A program made the position numbers and the translations under genes. A stretch of 63,735 nt of DNA from Mesotaenium endlicherianum (taxonomy: Eukaryota): assembly GCA_009602735.1 (NCBI GenBank), contig WELA01003597.1:875157-938891 (forward strand), written 5' to 3'. Shown in pieces: positions 50,137-61,721 of the stretch (positions are counted from its first letter, which is position 1; each line of letters starts with the position of its first letter). The notes beneath the pieces are model-generated. The model was not told the DNA's origin and did no database searches. It saw only the letters and a program-made list of their open reading frames with translations.

Positions 50137-50378
50137 TGTTTCTTCTGTCTCTCCTCCTCAGCCTTCCTGAGGTTTTCCGCTTCCTGATCCTTCTTCCTCT
50201 GTGGCTCTTCTGCCGCCTCTTGTTGTCTGCGGACCCTTTCTTGTTCTCTCCTGGTGAGGGAAGTCGCCGCCAGCTCCTTCTGGTATTGCTCCATTGTCCT
50301 CCTGGCTTCTTCTGCCTTGCGCTTTCTGTCCTCCTTTTGTGTGGTGGGCGCCATCCTGCACATGTAACCAGGGCACAA
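50137..50378 (-). CDS. ORF3 subtype 2 N-terminus, element E (rest in the gap)
   Basis: CPGYMCRMAPTTQKEDRKRKAEEARRTMEQYQKELAATSLTRREQ closely matches C ORF3. Confidence 0.8.
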
Positions 50379-50744
50379 GTTAGTAGGATATGGACCTTCG
50401 TCATAGGGATTGCAAGAAGTATGTTAGTATTAGTATAGTGGCTTCGCTGCTGTTTACCTTACAGGATGGTTGCTAAAAGTTGACGTAGTTGCGATGCGCT
50501 ACACATAAACGTATGAGTGTGTTTTAGGGTGAGTTAAGTGATGTAGTGTTATGCGAGGCCCTTTTTCCTTCAGCTCAAGGTGCTTTATGTGGGCCACGCT
50601 GTCCCCTCTGTCACTATGTTGACACTTAGGGTTCACGTAACTGTTCTTTAATCGCTCTCGCTCACTAATTGTCATATATTTTCCCCTCCAACTTAAATGG
50701 AGACAGGACCGCCTGTCACCTTTCCGTGTCAACTGAAATGACAG

Positions 50745-53700
50745 TTATGGAGGGACTCCAGCGGCCCGAAGGTGGAACCGTGTCAACGCCCCTTTGGCAT
50801 TGGTCAAGTGGTCCTTAAACTCCCAAGTGTCCCCAGAGGCATCGTAACCCTTCCATCGAATGAGGTATTTCATGACATATTTAGACGATCGACGGACCGA
50901 GCGAGCGTCTAAAATCTCATCGACCTCATATTCCTCAGGGTCGCCGTCTCGGACAGCGGGGACCGGTCCCGGTTGGACAGGGAACCGACCTGTGAACAGT
51001 GTATCACCTTTGATGTACGGTTCCAGGAAGGAGACATTAAAGACCGGGTGCCCCTTGTATTCAGCTGACATGTTCAGTTTGTAAGCATTCTGACCGACAC
51101 GACGGACCACCGAATATGGACCGACCCAGACAGGGCCAAGCTTTTTCTTGACCACACCAGGGAGGTACAGGTGCTGAGAATGCAGTTTGACTAAATCCCC
51201 CTTGGAAAATGTCAGTTCCCGACGGTGTTGATTAGCGTATTTTTGTTGGTTTTCTTGGGCCGTGTGCAAGTTTCGTTGGACTTCTGACAGGGTGTCAGCG
51301 AACTCCTGAGTTAATTGGAGGGAGACCGGGTTGTCAATCCCTTCAGGGTGAGTTAAAGATTCCCCTCGCACATCTAGAGGAGACTTAGGGACTCTACCCA
51401 GGCTGAGTTCAAAAGGAGTTTTGCCCGTTGACGCGTGCACCGCACTGTTGACCGCAAACTGAATTTGAGGCAACAGGTCATCCCAATTATCTTGTTTTTT
51501 GTTAATATATGCTCTCAGCACCTCCTGCAGAACTCGGTTAGTTCTTTCAGTCTGCCCATCAGTCTGAGGGTGGTTTGCTGTGCTGAGCAGCTGTTTGACT
51601 CCCATTAACCCCATTAAAGCTCTCCAGAACTTAGAGGTGAATTTTGAGTCTCTGTCTGAGATGATATTAGAAGGGAGCCCATGTTGGCATACTACATGGT
51701 TGTAAAACTGTCTCGCTGTTTCGAGTGCAGTCACTTTGACAGTTGTGGGGATAAAAATGACCATTTTTGTCAGTTTATCCACGACTACCAGTATTGAATC
51801 ATGCCCGTTGGCAGTTCTTGGTAGTGAGACCACCCAGTCCATGGATATAGTTTCCCAGCATCCAGTTGGGATGGGTAGCGGTTGCAAGAGACCTCCGGGT
51901 GGTGTGTGCCAAGACTTATTTTTCTGACACTGGTCACAGGACTTGACATATTTCAAGACCTCCCGGGGTAACCCCTCCCAATGATAATGTTTTGCCAGTT
52001 TGCCAACAGTTTTGGCCTGCCCCAAATGTCCACCCAGGAGACTGTCATGAGCTTGACTCAGTAAGAGAGACCTTATTTCCAAATTATCAGGAATGACCAG
52101 CTTCAGCCTGCCTGAAGTGGTTTTAGTCACCCTGACCCTTCCCTTGAGCTTATACCCGAGTGCGGTAGCACGACACATACCAGTAGTGGGGCTGGGCTCA
52201 AATGTTGGGTCAGAAAGGTAGGCTTTCCTAAGTTGTTCAAGGAAGGACTTTTTCACCTTTAGTGAAGTGAGTGCACACAGGACTTTATCTACAGCATGCT
52301 GACTAAAGTTCCTTTCTTGCAAGTCAGGTCTTCTAGAGAGTGCATCAGCAGGATTCAACTTCCCTGGTTTGTAGTCGATCTGGACTTGGAACTGCTCCAG
52401 CATCTGGCTCCAGCGGTTCTCCCTCCTCGACAGCTTGGACTTCTTCTGAAAGTGGGTCAGAGCTAGATGATCTGTAATCACCTTAAAAGCTTTACCATGT
52501 AAGTATGCTCTCCATTGTTTGAGTACATGAATGATAGCTAGCAGCTCTTTATTATGCACTGAGTAATTAATCTCCGCGGGATTAAATTTCATAGACTCAT
52601 ACAACACAGGATGTATCTTACCATCCTTTGTGGTTTTGTCAGCAGGCTGCAACAAAATAGCACCCATGGCAAAATCAGAGGCATCAGTAACCACCTGCAC
52701 CGATTTGCTGGGGTCATACACGGCTAGCACTGGGGCAGAACAAAGGGCATCTTTAAGGGTCTGGAAGGCAGCCTGCTGCTCTTCCCCCCACACATACCCG
52801 ATGTCTTTCTTAGTAAGGTCAGTCAGTTTACTGGCCTTTGTGGAATAATTCTCAATAAATCTCCTATAGTAGTTAGCCAACCCGAGGAAGGATCTAACTT
52901 CAGAGACAGACTGTGGTACTGGCCAGTCCCTTATGGTCTGGACTTTCTTAGGATCCACACTGATGCCCTCCTTACTGACAACGTGGCCTAAGAATTCAAT
53001 ACTTTCCTTAAAGAAATCACACTTGCTCATTTTAGCATATAAGTGATTTTTCCGTAGAGTGTCCAGGATTGTTGTTAAGTGTTGAGTGTGCTGAGCTTCA
53101 TCTTTAGAGAAAATTAAAATATCATCCAGGAAAACTTGCACAAACTTATCCATTCATAGGCCCCATGAAGGTAGCAGGAGCATTAGTCAGTCCAAATGGC
53201 ATCACGTTGAACTCATAGTGTCCATAACGTGTGCGGAAAGCAGTCTTGTGTTCATCCCCCTCAGCAATTCTGATTTGATGATAACCACTCTTGAGATCTA
53301 TCTTACTAAACACCTTAGCGCCAGACAGGGTATCAAGCAAGTCCTCGATTCTGGGTAAAGCATACTTGTTCTTTACTGTAATTCTGTTCAGGGCTCTGTA
53401 ATCCACACACATCCGCATACTGCCATCCTTTTTCTTAACAAATAGGATAGGTGCGCCGTACGGTGATTTACTGGGAGAAATGTAACCATTTTCCTCCAGC
53501 TCTGCAATCTGTGTTTTCAACTCCTCACTCTCCAAATAAGACAAGCCATACGTGCGTTGCCAGGGTGGCTGGCTACCAGGTAATAAATCAATCCTATGAT
53601 CTACTTCCCGCTTAGGGGGTAGTCCTGGAGGCATATTAAACACATCCGTGTACTGAGCAACAATGTTTGCAGCAGTAGGGTGTTCCGGAGGGTGTACCTT

Positions 53701-54522
53701 TTTCTCAACCACTTCTTCAGGTTGAGGAGGTACCTCTCTTAGCAGCAGACAGAACATTCTGTCTTCCTTCTGGTTCCAGCTTTTGACGAACTCCATTGCA
53801 TTCAGCAACTTGCATCCTTCTGGAAGCCTCTTCTTTTCCTTCATTTGCCATCCACACAGGACAAGAGGAAGAGCACTGGTGGGTGCCAAGTCAGTCTGCC
53901 CATCGCTGGCTCCTCTCACTTTAACTGTACCTTTGCTCCAACACACTTCAGCTTGATGTCAGTTAAGCCAGGACCTGCCTAGCACGAGATCATAAAAGCC
54001 AGTGTTGAGTACCTCAAATGTAAGCGTTTCAGTTAGAACTGCAATGCCAGAACCTAACTGGACCTCAATAGGCTTGGTTATAACTCCTCCCGGGATACTT
54101 GAGGCATCTCCAAGGAATATTTTTCTATTCCCTTGGGTGACAGTAGGCAGCCTTAGCCGCTTAACTAAGTCCTTGTGGATAAAAGTATGTGACGCCCCTC
54201 CGTCAACAAATGCCCTCACCTTCCTACCTGCAATCATGCAATGCAGTAGGATAGGGGGGACTGTCTTTTCCTGACTTTCGCATTGTTCTCCTGACGTAGC
54301 AAAGAAATGTTGGACATCAGGTGGAACAAGAGCATCCAGAGTGTGCACTCTCTGGACGTCTATATTGCTGATGGTCTCCTTTATCTGGTTGTCAGGCATG
54401 CATAGTGAATCCAGTTCAGCAGGACCCATAATACCTGCTACGAGGGCAGCTAGTGACGACTCACTATCTCTAGCATCCTCACAGTCAGTAGACTGGATTA
54501 CTGACTGTTGCTGTCTTTTAAA
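50745..54522 (-). pseudogene. pol: pol of element E (PR-RT-RNaseH-INT-chromodomain), near intact
   Basis: ORFs 53959..54429, 53146..53946 and 50745..53153 (802 aa) with FLDD, DAS, HHCC, D-D-E, GPY and chromodomain EYEVDEIL...YLIRWKGY...DTWE. Confidence 0.95.
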
Positions 54523-55938
54523 GGCTGGTCTTTTCTCTCGACCTTAGGCAGGTGCTTGACCGGACACTGTTCTCTGTAGTGGCCTTTCTGCTGACAATGG
54601 TAGCAAGTAGATTTTGCTGAGGCTAGTCTCGGCTTAGTCCTACCACCACCCCTTCCATAGCCACCTCGAGAGGGACCAACTCTACCTCTAGACTGAATAG
54701 CATTGTACTCATACTCATATTCATCACCCTGATTATCCTCAGCCTGGTCTCCTTCAACTGCATTGTAGGAACCGTGGGGCTTTTTGACAATCTTAGACAC
54801 CAAAGCGTTACTCTGGCGCTTGTGATTGAACTGCTGCTGATCCCAGGCGTCAGCATCCTGGATCAAGTCAGCCAGTTTCTCATACTTTTTCTCAGCAAAA
54901 TGACCAGAGACCTCGGATTTCAAGCCATACCTGAAGTATGCTATCCTATACCGTTCTGGCAAATCAGGCTGCTTCATCATGTTCTCTTGGAACTTTTGAG
55001 CAAACTCAGCAACTGAAGTGGTCTGCTTCAGTGTCAGGGAGATCATCGCATAGATAGCTTTCTCCTGCTGGTTGATGACATCAAACTTCTCATGCAACTT
55101 CTCGACAAACTCTACCCACGTAGGGTCACCGAGTTGCCGAGCCTTACGCTCTTCCTTCCAGTAAAGCCACCAGTCTGCGGCACTGCCTTTCAGTAGCGCA
55201 CCGGTGTGCCTGACCTTCTCGTAATCTTGCAGTTCTGGGTAGTTCTCCAGCCACTGCTCAACATCCGCAAGAAACTTGATCAGGTAATAATTTCTGTTTC
55301 CCTCAGGATCATAGGCCACCACCACTAGTGGTGTGAGACCCCAGTTGGTCTCTGTCTCGGAGTAGGGACATTATGATTCTTTTGTCCTCCTGTTGGGACT
55401 GATACATGGTCGCCATTTGCGACTGCATCTGAACGAACAATGCTCCCAAGTCTACACTGTGGAGTGGTAGATTAGCAAATGCAGCAGCAGCATTGGCATC
55501 TATTCGCTGAGTAGGGTCCTCAACAATCCCTCTCGCTCCTGCAGCAGCAATTCCTGCCGCATTCAGCCTGTCACGTATTTGACCTAGGGGTACATTGAGT
55601 TGTACGGCAGGAGGTGGGTTCAGAACATTGGCCCTTGATGCCATAAGCTCTTCAACAGTGCGCTCGTCAGCTGGCTGTCCTTCCCTCCTTTCTGTATCTT
55701 CAGCGGCCTTTGCTACTTGTTCAGCTTCTAGTCTGGCTATCTCCCCCTCAGTTTGCTGAGCTGCGACTGAGGCAATAGTAACTGCGTCATCTGCAGCCTC
55801 CCTAGCTGCAGTATCTGCTACCGCTTCAGAATAGGTACGGGTTCTCGCTACATGGCTTTCCGCCTGGTTTTCGACATTCTCGTTATCCTGGTTCTCCGTG
55901 TCTCGTGAGTTGCTAGTTTGAGACCTTGTCCTTACCAT
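54498..55938 (-). pseudogene. gag: gag of element E (one frameshifting deletion at ~55315)
   Basis: ORFs 55309..55938 and 54498..55325 are collinear with B Gag; zinc knuckle CYHCQQKGHYREQC. Confidence 0.93.
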
Positions 55939-55972
55939 ACAAAGAAGACTGTGATAACAGCTCCGATACCAC

Positions 55973-56688
55973 TGAAATGAATCGACTTACCAAATAAGCG
56001 ATTAACAAATAAAGATCTTTATATCAGCAAGTAATCTTGATGGCAATTTTCGTAACTGGTTAAACGGCAAAGGACAATACACTAGCAGTGAATAATACTC
56101 GTAAGTCAAATGCGAGTAAACTAGCATCAATAATGCAAATCAGTAAACTCATACATAAGCAAGGTTAGAAGACAGTGCGTATCAATGGCTTCTCGCCTTG
56201 GATTCAGATCTCTCTCAGTAAGCTGTACAAGAGAGTTGGCCTCGTTTCCGAATGCCGAACTCGAGAGCAATGCCTAGCATATGTACATGGAATGAGTTTA
56301 CTGTTCAACGGTCAGTGCGATGGCACCGCCTACTCGGGAGTTAACCACGTTGGTAGGACCTCGGTTAACCAAATCCACCGCCATCTCCCCTCATCCCGAA
56401 TCGCCATCCGTCCTAAGGATGTCATCTGGCCATTCAACTAGCATGTCGTACTTAGATGCATATCAAGGCAGTTCGCTGCTACCGAGCACGGAAGTCAGCT
56501 GGCTGTCAAAGAATGTGTCAGCAAGCTGACTTAAGTTGACTTCAGCCTGTTGCTTTCGGCCGAGTCATTAAACTGATAATTATGTAAAGTCCAGCAGACT
56601 GACTATTAACTAAAGTTCAGCAGGCTGAACTGAATTAACTATTAGATTTAAATGAATATTATATCCACTAATATACTGATTCATTACA
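55973..56688 (-). repeat. 5' LTR of element E
   Basis: Follows the PBS at 55960-55971; ends CATTACA before the TSD. Confidence 0.96.
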
Positions 56689-57569
56689 TCTAGCCTGCAG
56701 TAAAGAATAAGCAGGCGTGGCTAAGAGCGAAAGGCTCAGCCAAACTGGCATAGATGCCATAGGATTCAAGGTGTTGTTTGCTGGAACTTTGTGAAAGCTT
56801 CGGTGGGTTTTTTGTTTGAAATTTGGTGTTGCTTGTTAATTCGCTTGGGCATGATTTTTGCAAACTAGGATTTGGTTATTGAATACCACTCAACTTGGGC
56901 AAAAGCCTATTTGGAAGTAAGACACTTTGTCTTTGCAAGGAGAATGGAGTGGCAGAAAGTTTTTGCAGATTACTAAGTTCTGAAATAGAAACTGAGAGAG
57001 AACACACTCGGTGTGAAAGACACTGAGAATTTTAACTCCAAACTGGCTTGTACCAGTACAAGATGACCAGCAGATAATCAACCACTGGCAACCTGCCACC
57101 GACATACGTGTGAAGGTCGATCGACCAGGTTGACAACCCACCTCTAGGGATGCACCGACAAGTCAACCAGGTGGAAGACCCACGTGTGAAGAACCACCGA
57201 CAAGTCGACGAGGTCGATGGCACACGTGCTGAAGCGCATCATACGTGCCCTGGTCTCAATGTTGTTAGGCACGACACGACCTCTACAAAAGACATTAATG
57301 AAGGTCCATTCTTATTCGCTGGGCCACCCATACTTATAGCAAACGTTTCTACGTTTATCTTTCATCTTTCTTTTTTGGCATCTTCACATTGCGAGGATCA
57401 AATGTTGCTAGCGCATTGACAAGGTAATAAAAACGAGAGAAATTGGGGGCCTCGTTGCACGCTCATGAATGGTAGTAGCCTAAGCTATCTGTAGACTACA
57501 ACCAATTAGCTGGCAATACTCTTGCTTGATCGTGTTGACCAAGTCTCTATACCCGACATCGTCATTAGA

Positions 57570-60203
57570 CACACTATGGAAAGATGACAAGGGGTCTGTC
57601 TCCATTTAAGTTGGAGAGAGAGTGACACTTAATTGACAAAAAGTGACAATTAAGTGACAGGAAGCCTATTTCCATCTAAGTTGGAGGGAGAGTGACAGGC
57701 CGTCGAAAGTTGGGAATGCACAAGCACGTAAGCACTACACACAATCCTACTTGCTCACAAGTCACTCATTGCACTGAACCTTTGTCGCTCTTCTACTATT
57801 TACACGTTCTTTAGCTCACATTACAACTCATATGCAAGTCTCTTGTGATAGCTATGAAAGTATTTTGCTGGCTAAAAGTTGCTCTCAAATGCACAACATC
57901 TTGTATCCTAAAAATATTCTCTGCTATCTTCTTGGCCACACTGCCTTGTTTTTGTGTGCATATGAGCAGGATAACTACGCAAAATATAGAGTACATGAAA
58001 CCAAAGCAAGCAAAGGTTCAATTGAAGAACGCGCGGTTGAGACGGAAGATGGAGGACACTTCCCTCTCTCGGGACCACGGTGTTATTGTGCGTCATCAGT
58101 GAGAAGCACTAGAAAGCGTTGAAGCAGAGGCAACAATTGCTGCAGAAGCAATCAAAATAGAGGCAAAAAAGAAGAAGGCAGAGGAAGCCCAGAGGAGGAA
58201 GCCTAGAGGGCTTCACTGGCTGAGGAGGAGAGATAGAGGAAGATAGCAAAACAGGATGCTGAAAAGGAGAGACAAAGAGCAGAACAAGTTGCTGAGGATA
58301 ACATTCAAGGAGTAGCGAAGGAACAACGCGTGCAGTAGGCGACGCATAAATACAGAGTGGAATGCATTTGAGGCTAAGCAAGTCAAAAACGGGTAGAACA
58401 ACAAGTAATCCTGCAAAAGACTTGGAGCTCAGGCCTTGCACAAGTATACTGAGACCTCCGTAGAGCTTATCCTATATGAAGATTTTGCCAACATGGTTGG
58501 GTATCCTATAGATGAAGCAAAGTTTTTATAACTTACGAAATGAAGCACTTGCGAATCCCTTGCGCGATTTGGTGGGTTAACACAGGGTCATAAGAATGAT
58601 CAATATGGAGCACAACAGTTTCTTAGGCATGGCAGAGGATCACATCTTCAGACGACCCTAGTGCAATGAAGTAAATGAGAGGGATTGGGAATACTTGGGA
58701 GAAAGGACATAATTGCTTTCACTGTATTGGGTTCCATATATCCTGACGAGAGACGATCCAATGTTTTGGACCCAACCTATTCACTGGAGCTGAATGACTG
58801 TCATCATTGAGTTACACAAGTGTGATACAGGTAGGCAAGTTGATGGTATTATGCTACCACCGCATATTGGCCAATGAAATCCCAAGCTCAATAGACTGAC
58901 AGGGATAGAGGAAGTAAGAGAGTCTAGGACCGGAGGACAAGACCATTTAGATAAAGGTAAGCATGCTGTTGTGAAGTGGACCAAGTTTCATGTGTAGATG
59001 GAAATTAGCAAAATCATGCTCCAGCAGCCTTTGAGGCCTCCCAAAAGAGGACAACCAGTAGACTACTCCATGGCGGCTGAGCAGCTTACTCTGCTCATAG
59101 ACAGAAAACATGTAATCTCCTAAATAGTTGTTAAAAAAGAGCAGGGGCAAGAGGAGCAAGAGCAGGAAGTAGAGATTGGGGCCAGGTCTAGTGAGCAAGA
59201 GGAGCAGGAGGAGCTGTCACTGTCAGAGGAGGAGTTAGAGGAGGAGTCAGAGGAACCTGCCCCGGCACTAAGAAGACCCAGGATAGGAGAGTCTTACCTT
59301 TATGAGCAGGATAGACAAAAAGAGCAGCCTTCTGCACATGAACGCGCTAAGGTATAATAGCAATGCCAGCAAGAGTTGTAGAAGGAGGCCAGTGAGGAAG
59401 AAGAGCTGACGATTCTGGGTAGCAGCAACAGGAAGACCCCTTTTTTGGGGGGAAACTCTGTGGGGGGAGACTAAGTCAGACAGAGCCACCAGAAGAGCGA
59501 CCCGACTTGCAGTAAGAGGAACAGGACTAGGACCTTCTAACCATGGAAATGTGCTCATTGCCAATGTTTCCAGCACCCTGAAGGTCCCAATTTTGTTTCT
59601 ATTGATGATAGAGTAGTAACAGAGATTGCTAAAGTTTTGCTGCAGTCACTTAGAGGTCCTAAGGCTAGTAAGTGCTACTTTTAAGGAGGCCCGCTGACAA
59701 GACTCGCACTTTTAGTTTTCAATTCAGGTCCCCTGAGGGTCCCACTCGTGAACACCTCCACCAAGACATTAGAATCATCGTTCAATTTGTCTTGCCGGAG
59801 GTCAATGTGATTGCATTCCACGCAGGTAGTGGGCTAAGGGTGAGGATGGAGATGACAACTTGCTGTTGCTAGTGAGCCCCACAGTTAGACAGCATTGTTG
59901 AAGTAAAAGGCGGAGGCCCGTTTACGTGTTTAGGCAGGCAATGAGTAGATTGACGGTGTCAATCTACACTAGTTCCAGTATTGTCGAGGCGGCACAATCT
60001 AAGCTGGAGGGTTTGTAATGAGTCACGATGTAATCATATATATTATTCCAATCAAACGTAATAGTTCAATTTGCTGTACTTTAGTTAATAATCAGTATAA
60101 TGACTTAGCCGAGAGTAATAGGCTGAAGCCTACTTAAGTCAACTTGCTAACACATTCTTTGACAGCCAATTGACCACTGTAAGCGAAAGTAGCGAATACC
60201 TAG
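57570..60203 (+). mobile_element. Element G part 2: post-pol module, decayed ORF3 (~57950-59650), PPT and partial 3' LTR (from 60014)
   Basis: TTAAGTTGGAG motifs and GTGAC array; ORF3 remnants YEDFANMVGY, NEVNERDWEYL, LPPHIGQ, KHAVVKW, GNVLIANVFQHPEG; AAGCTGGAGGGTT then TGTAATG. Confidence 0.85.
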
Positions 60204-61312
60204 TAATCTATCATGGTAGAATCCTTGTGAATAAGAAGAGACGATTTTGTACAATGGTTCAATACCTCCAAATTGCGTTTATGAGAGCACCTTGTACTCC
60301 AAATTCAAGCATTGTTTCATGGTACGTGCGAAGAAAATTATTAGTCGTGGTACCTAGGAGGGAAGCATTGTTCTCGTGACACCTTCCAAGAGATTATTAT
60401 CTCACATGCTCCTGTGCACATAGAGTAAGCTCTACCAATCTTTAGTCCTCTTCAATTATAGAACACTTTCTATGAAGTTGTGCACAGCGCTTTGGAGCTG
60501 CCATACACTGGCAAGGTCTTGCATGATTTGAGAGAGGCAGCATGGCTTGCCACATAAGGTTGTTGGGCGGTTAAGTTGTTGGTGGATTATGGATGTGTGA
60601 TGCACACTTGTTTGTGAGACTCGAGAGCATTGGAATGATGCGGCCCTTCACAAGCTTCAGCTTAGTGCTTTCGATTCATGAGGGGGAGCAGATGGGCTAA
60701 CAACAAAAATAAAGTGCACACTACTACCGACTTCAAGTTGCAACCATTTGGAAGTGCATCGAGGAAGAGCATTTGAGTAACGCAATTGGGGACTGGACAC
60801 CGCGACATCGGCAACCGCTACTTGAAATTTGAAGTAGATACTAGCTATAACAATATGAGTGTACATCGAATAGCACAAAGCCAACTTCGTACACCCGACA
60901 TAAAAAAGTTAATCAAGAACCTTGGCGTTACGCGTCACAAAGTTGAAGACGAAGATATTTCATAGTGATTTGTGTGATATGTGCCAACCTTTAGCACACA
61001 AGAGGGGAATAGGAATGGAGTACCACCTCAAATATGAAATACAAATATCTTAATCTACCATCTTTGACAACAAACCGTGCGCATTCCAAGATATGAACAA
61101 TTGAGCTACAAGAATACAATTAACACACTGTGCAAAGAAACACTAAGCTAATGACAGTTAGCTACAACAAAACAATTTACACACTATATGAATGGATTCA
61201 TAAGCCCATTTATGTACTGGCACATGTGACTTAACACAAGCAAAACTACATCCTGACTGAAGCATCTATAGACAATGACCACCATATACATGGTTATTGA
61301 TTTCAAGCTGTA

Positions 61313-61579
61313 CTAATGACGCCTTGACCGCATCTTATCATCGGACATCGCAAGTAGCATAGCCGACATCAGTTCGTTCCACGTGTCAGGAACACCGGGC
61401 AAGCACCAATTCACGCAATCTGGCTTCGGACGCTGCAGAGACGACATCCATGGGTGCCCATCACCCCGCTCTGCTGAGAGGAGGCTCACATTCAGAAACT
61501 TGACCGAAGTGCTTCTGATGGCGTCCCCTATAGCGTCGTCATATCGGGTGAAGTTCTCCTCGCGTGCCTCGCTTAGTGC
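61313..61579 (-). CDS. TRICHOME BIREFRINGENCE-LIKE (PC-esterase) gene, last exon
   Basis: Translates to ALSEAREENF...LNVSLLSAERGDGHP...DCVNWCLPGVPDTWNELM...RRH*, matching the TBL R.DGHP and DCxHWCLPGxPDxWN motifs; AG acceptor at 61580-61581. Confidence 0.9.
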   Translation of the reverse strand, partial: ALSEAREENFTRYDDAIGDAIRSTSVKFLNVSLLSAERGDGHPWMSSLQRPKPDCVNWCLPGVPDTWNELMSAMLLAMSDDKMRSRRH

Positions 61580-61721
61580 CTGCAGCCGACAGACGGCGTG
61601 ATCAGCACTTTGACGGAGCAGTCAGGCACCTGCAAAAATAAACGCGCGCGGGCAGGACCAAGCAGGCAAGTCATAGGCGTCCACAACCAAACGGGCCGAC
61701 AAGGGGGGGGAGCAAGCACAC

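Larger units (their letters stand above)
48406..56688 (-). mobile_element. Element E: youngest family B copy; TSD TCTAG
   Basis: Two 716-bp LTRs with roughly 18 differences by eye; exact TSD at 48401-48405 and 56689-56693; PBS TGGTATCGGAGC; PPT 49123-49136. Confidence 0.97.

Noticed and set aside
49085..50187. Long 349-423 aa ORFs in the track
   Set aside because: Artefacts of translating through the N gap; only 50137-50378 is informative.
48182..57004. Solo LTR with TGTTC...GAACA ends around element E
   Set aside because: No TSD (ATTTT versus CACTC), and the TGTTC is explained by G RT homology.
60204..61300. Possible coding or TE remnant between G and the TBL 3' end
   Set aside because: No recognisable motifs or sustained ORF; part is probably TBL 3' UTR.
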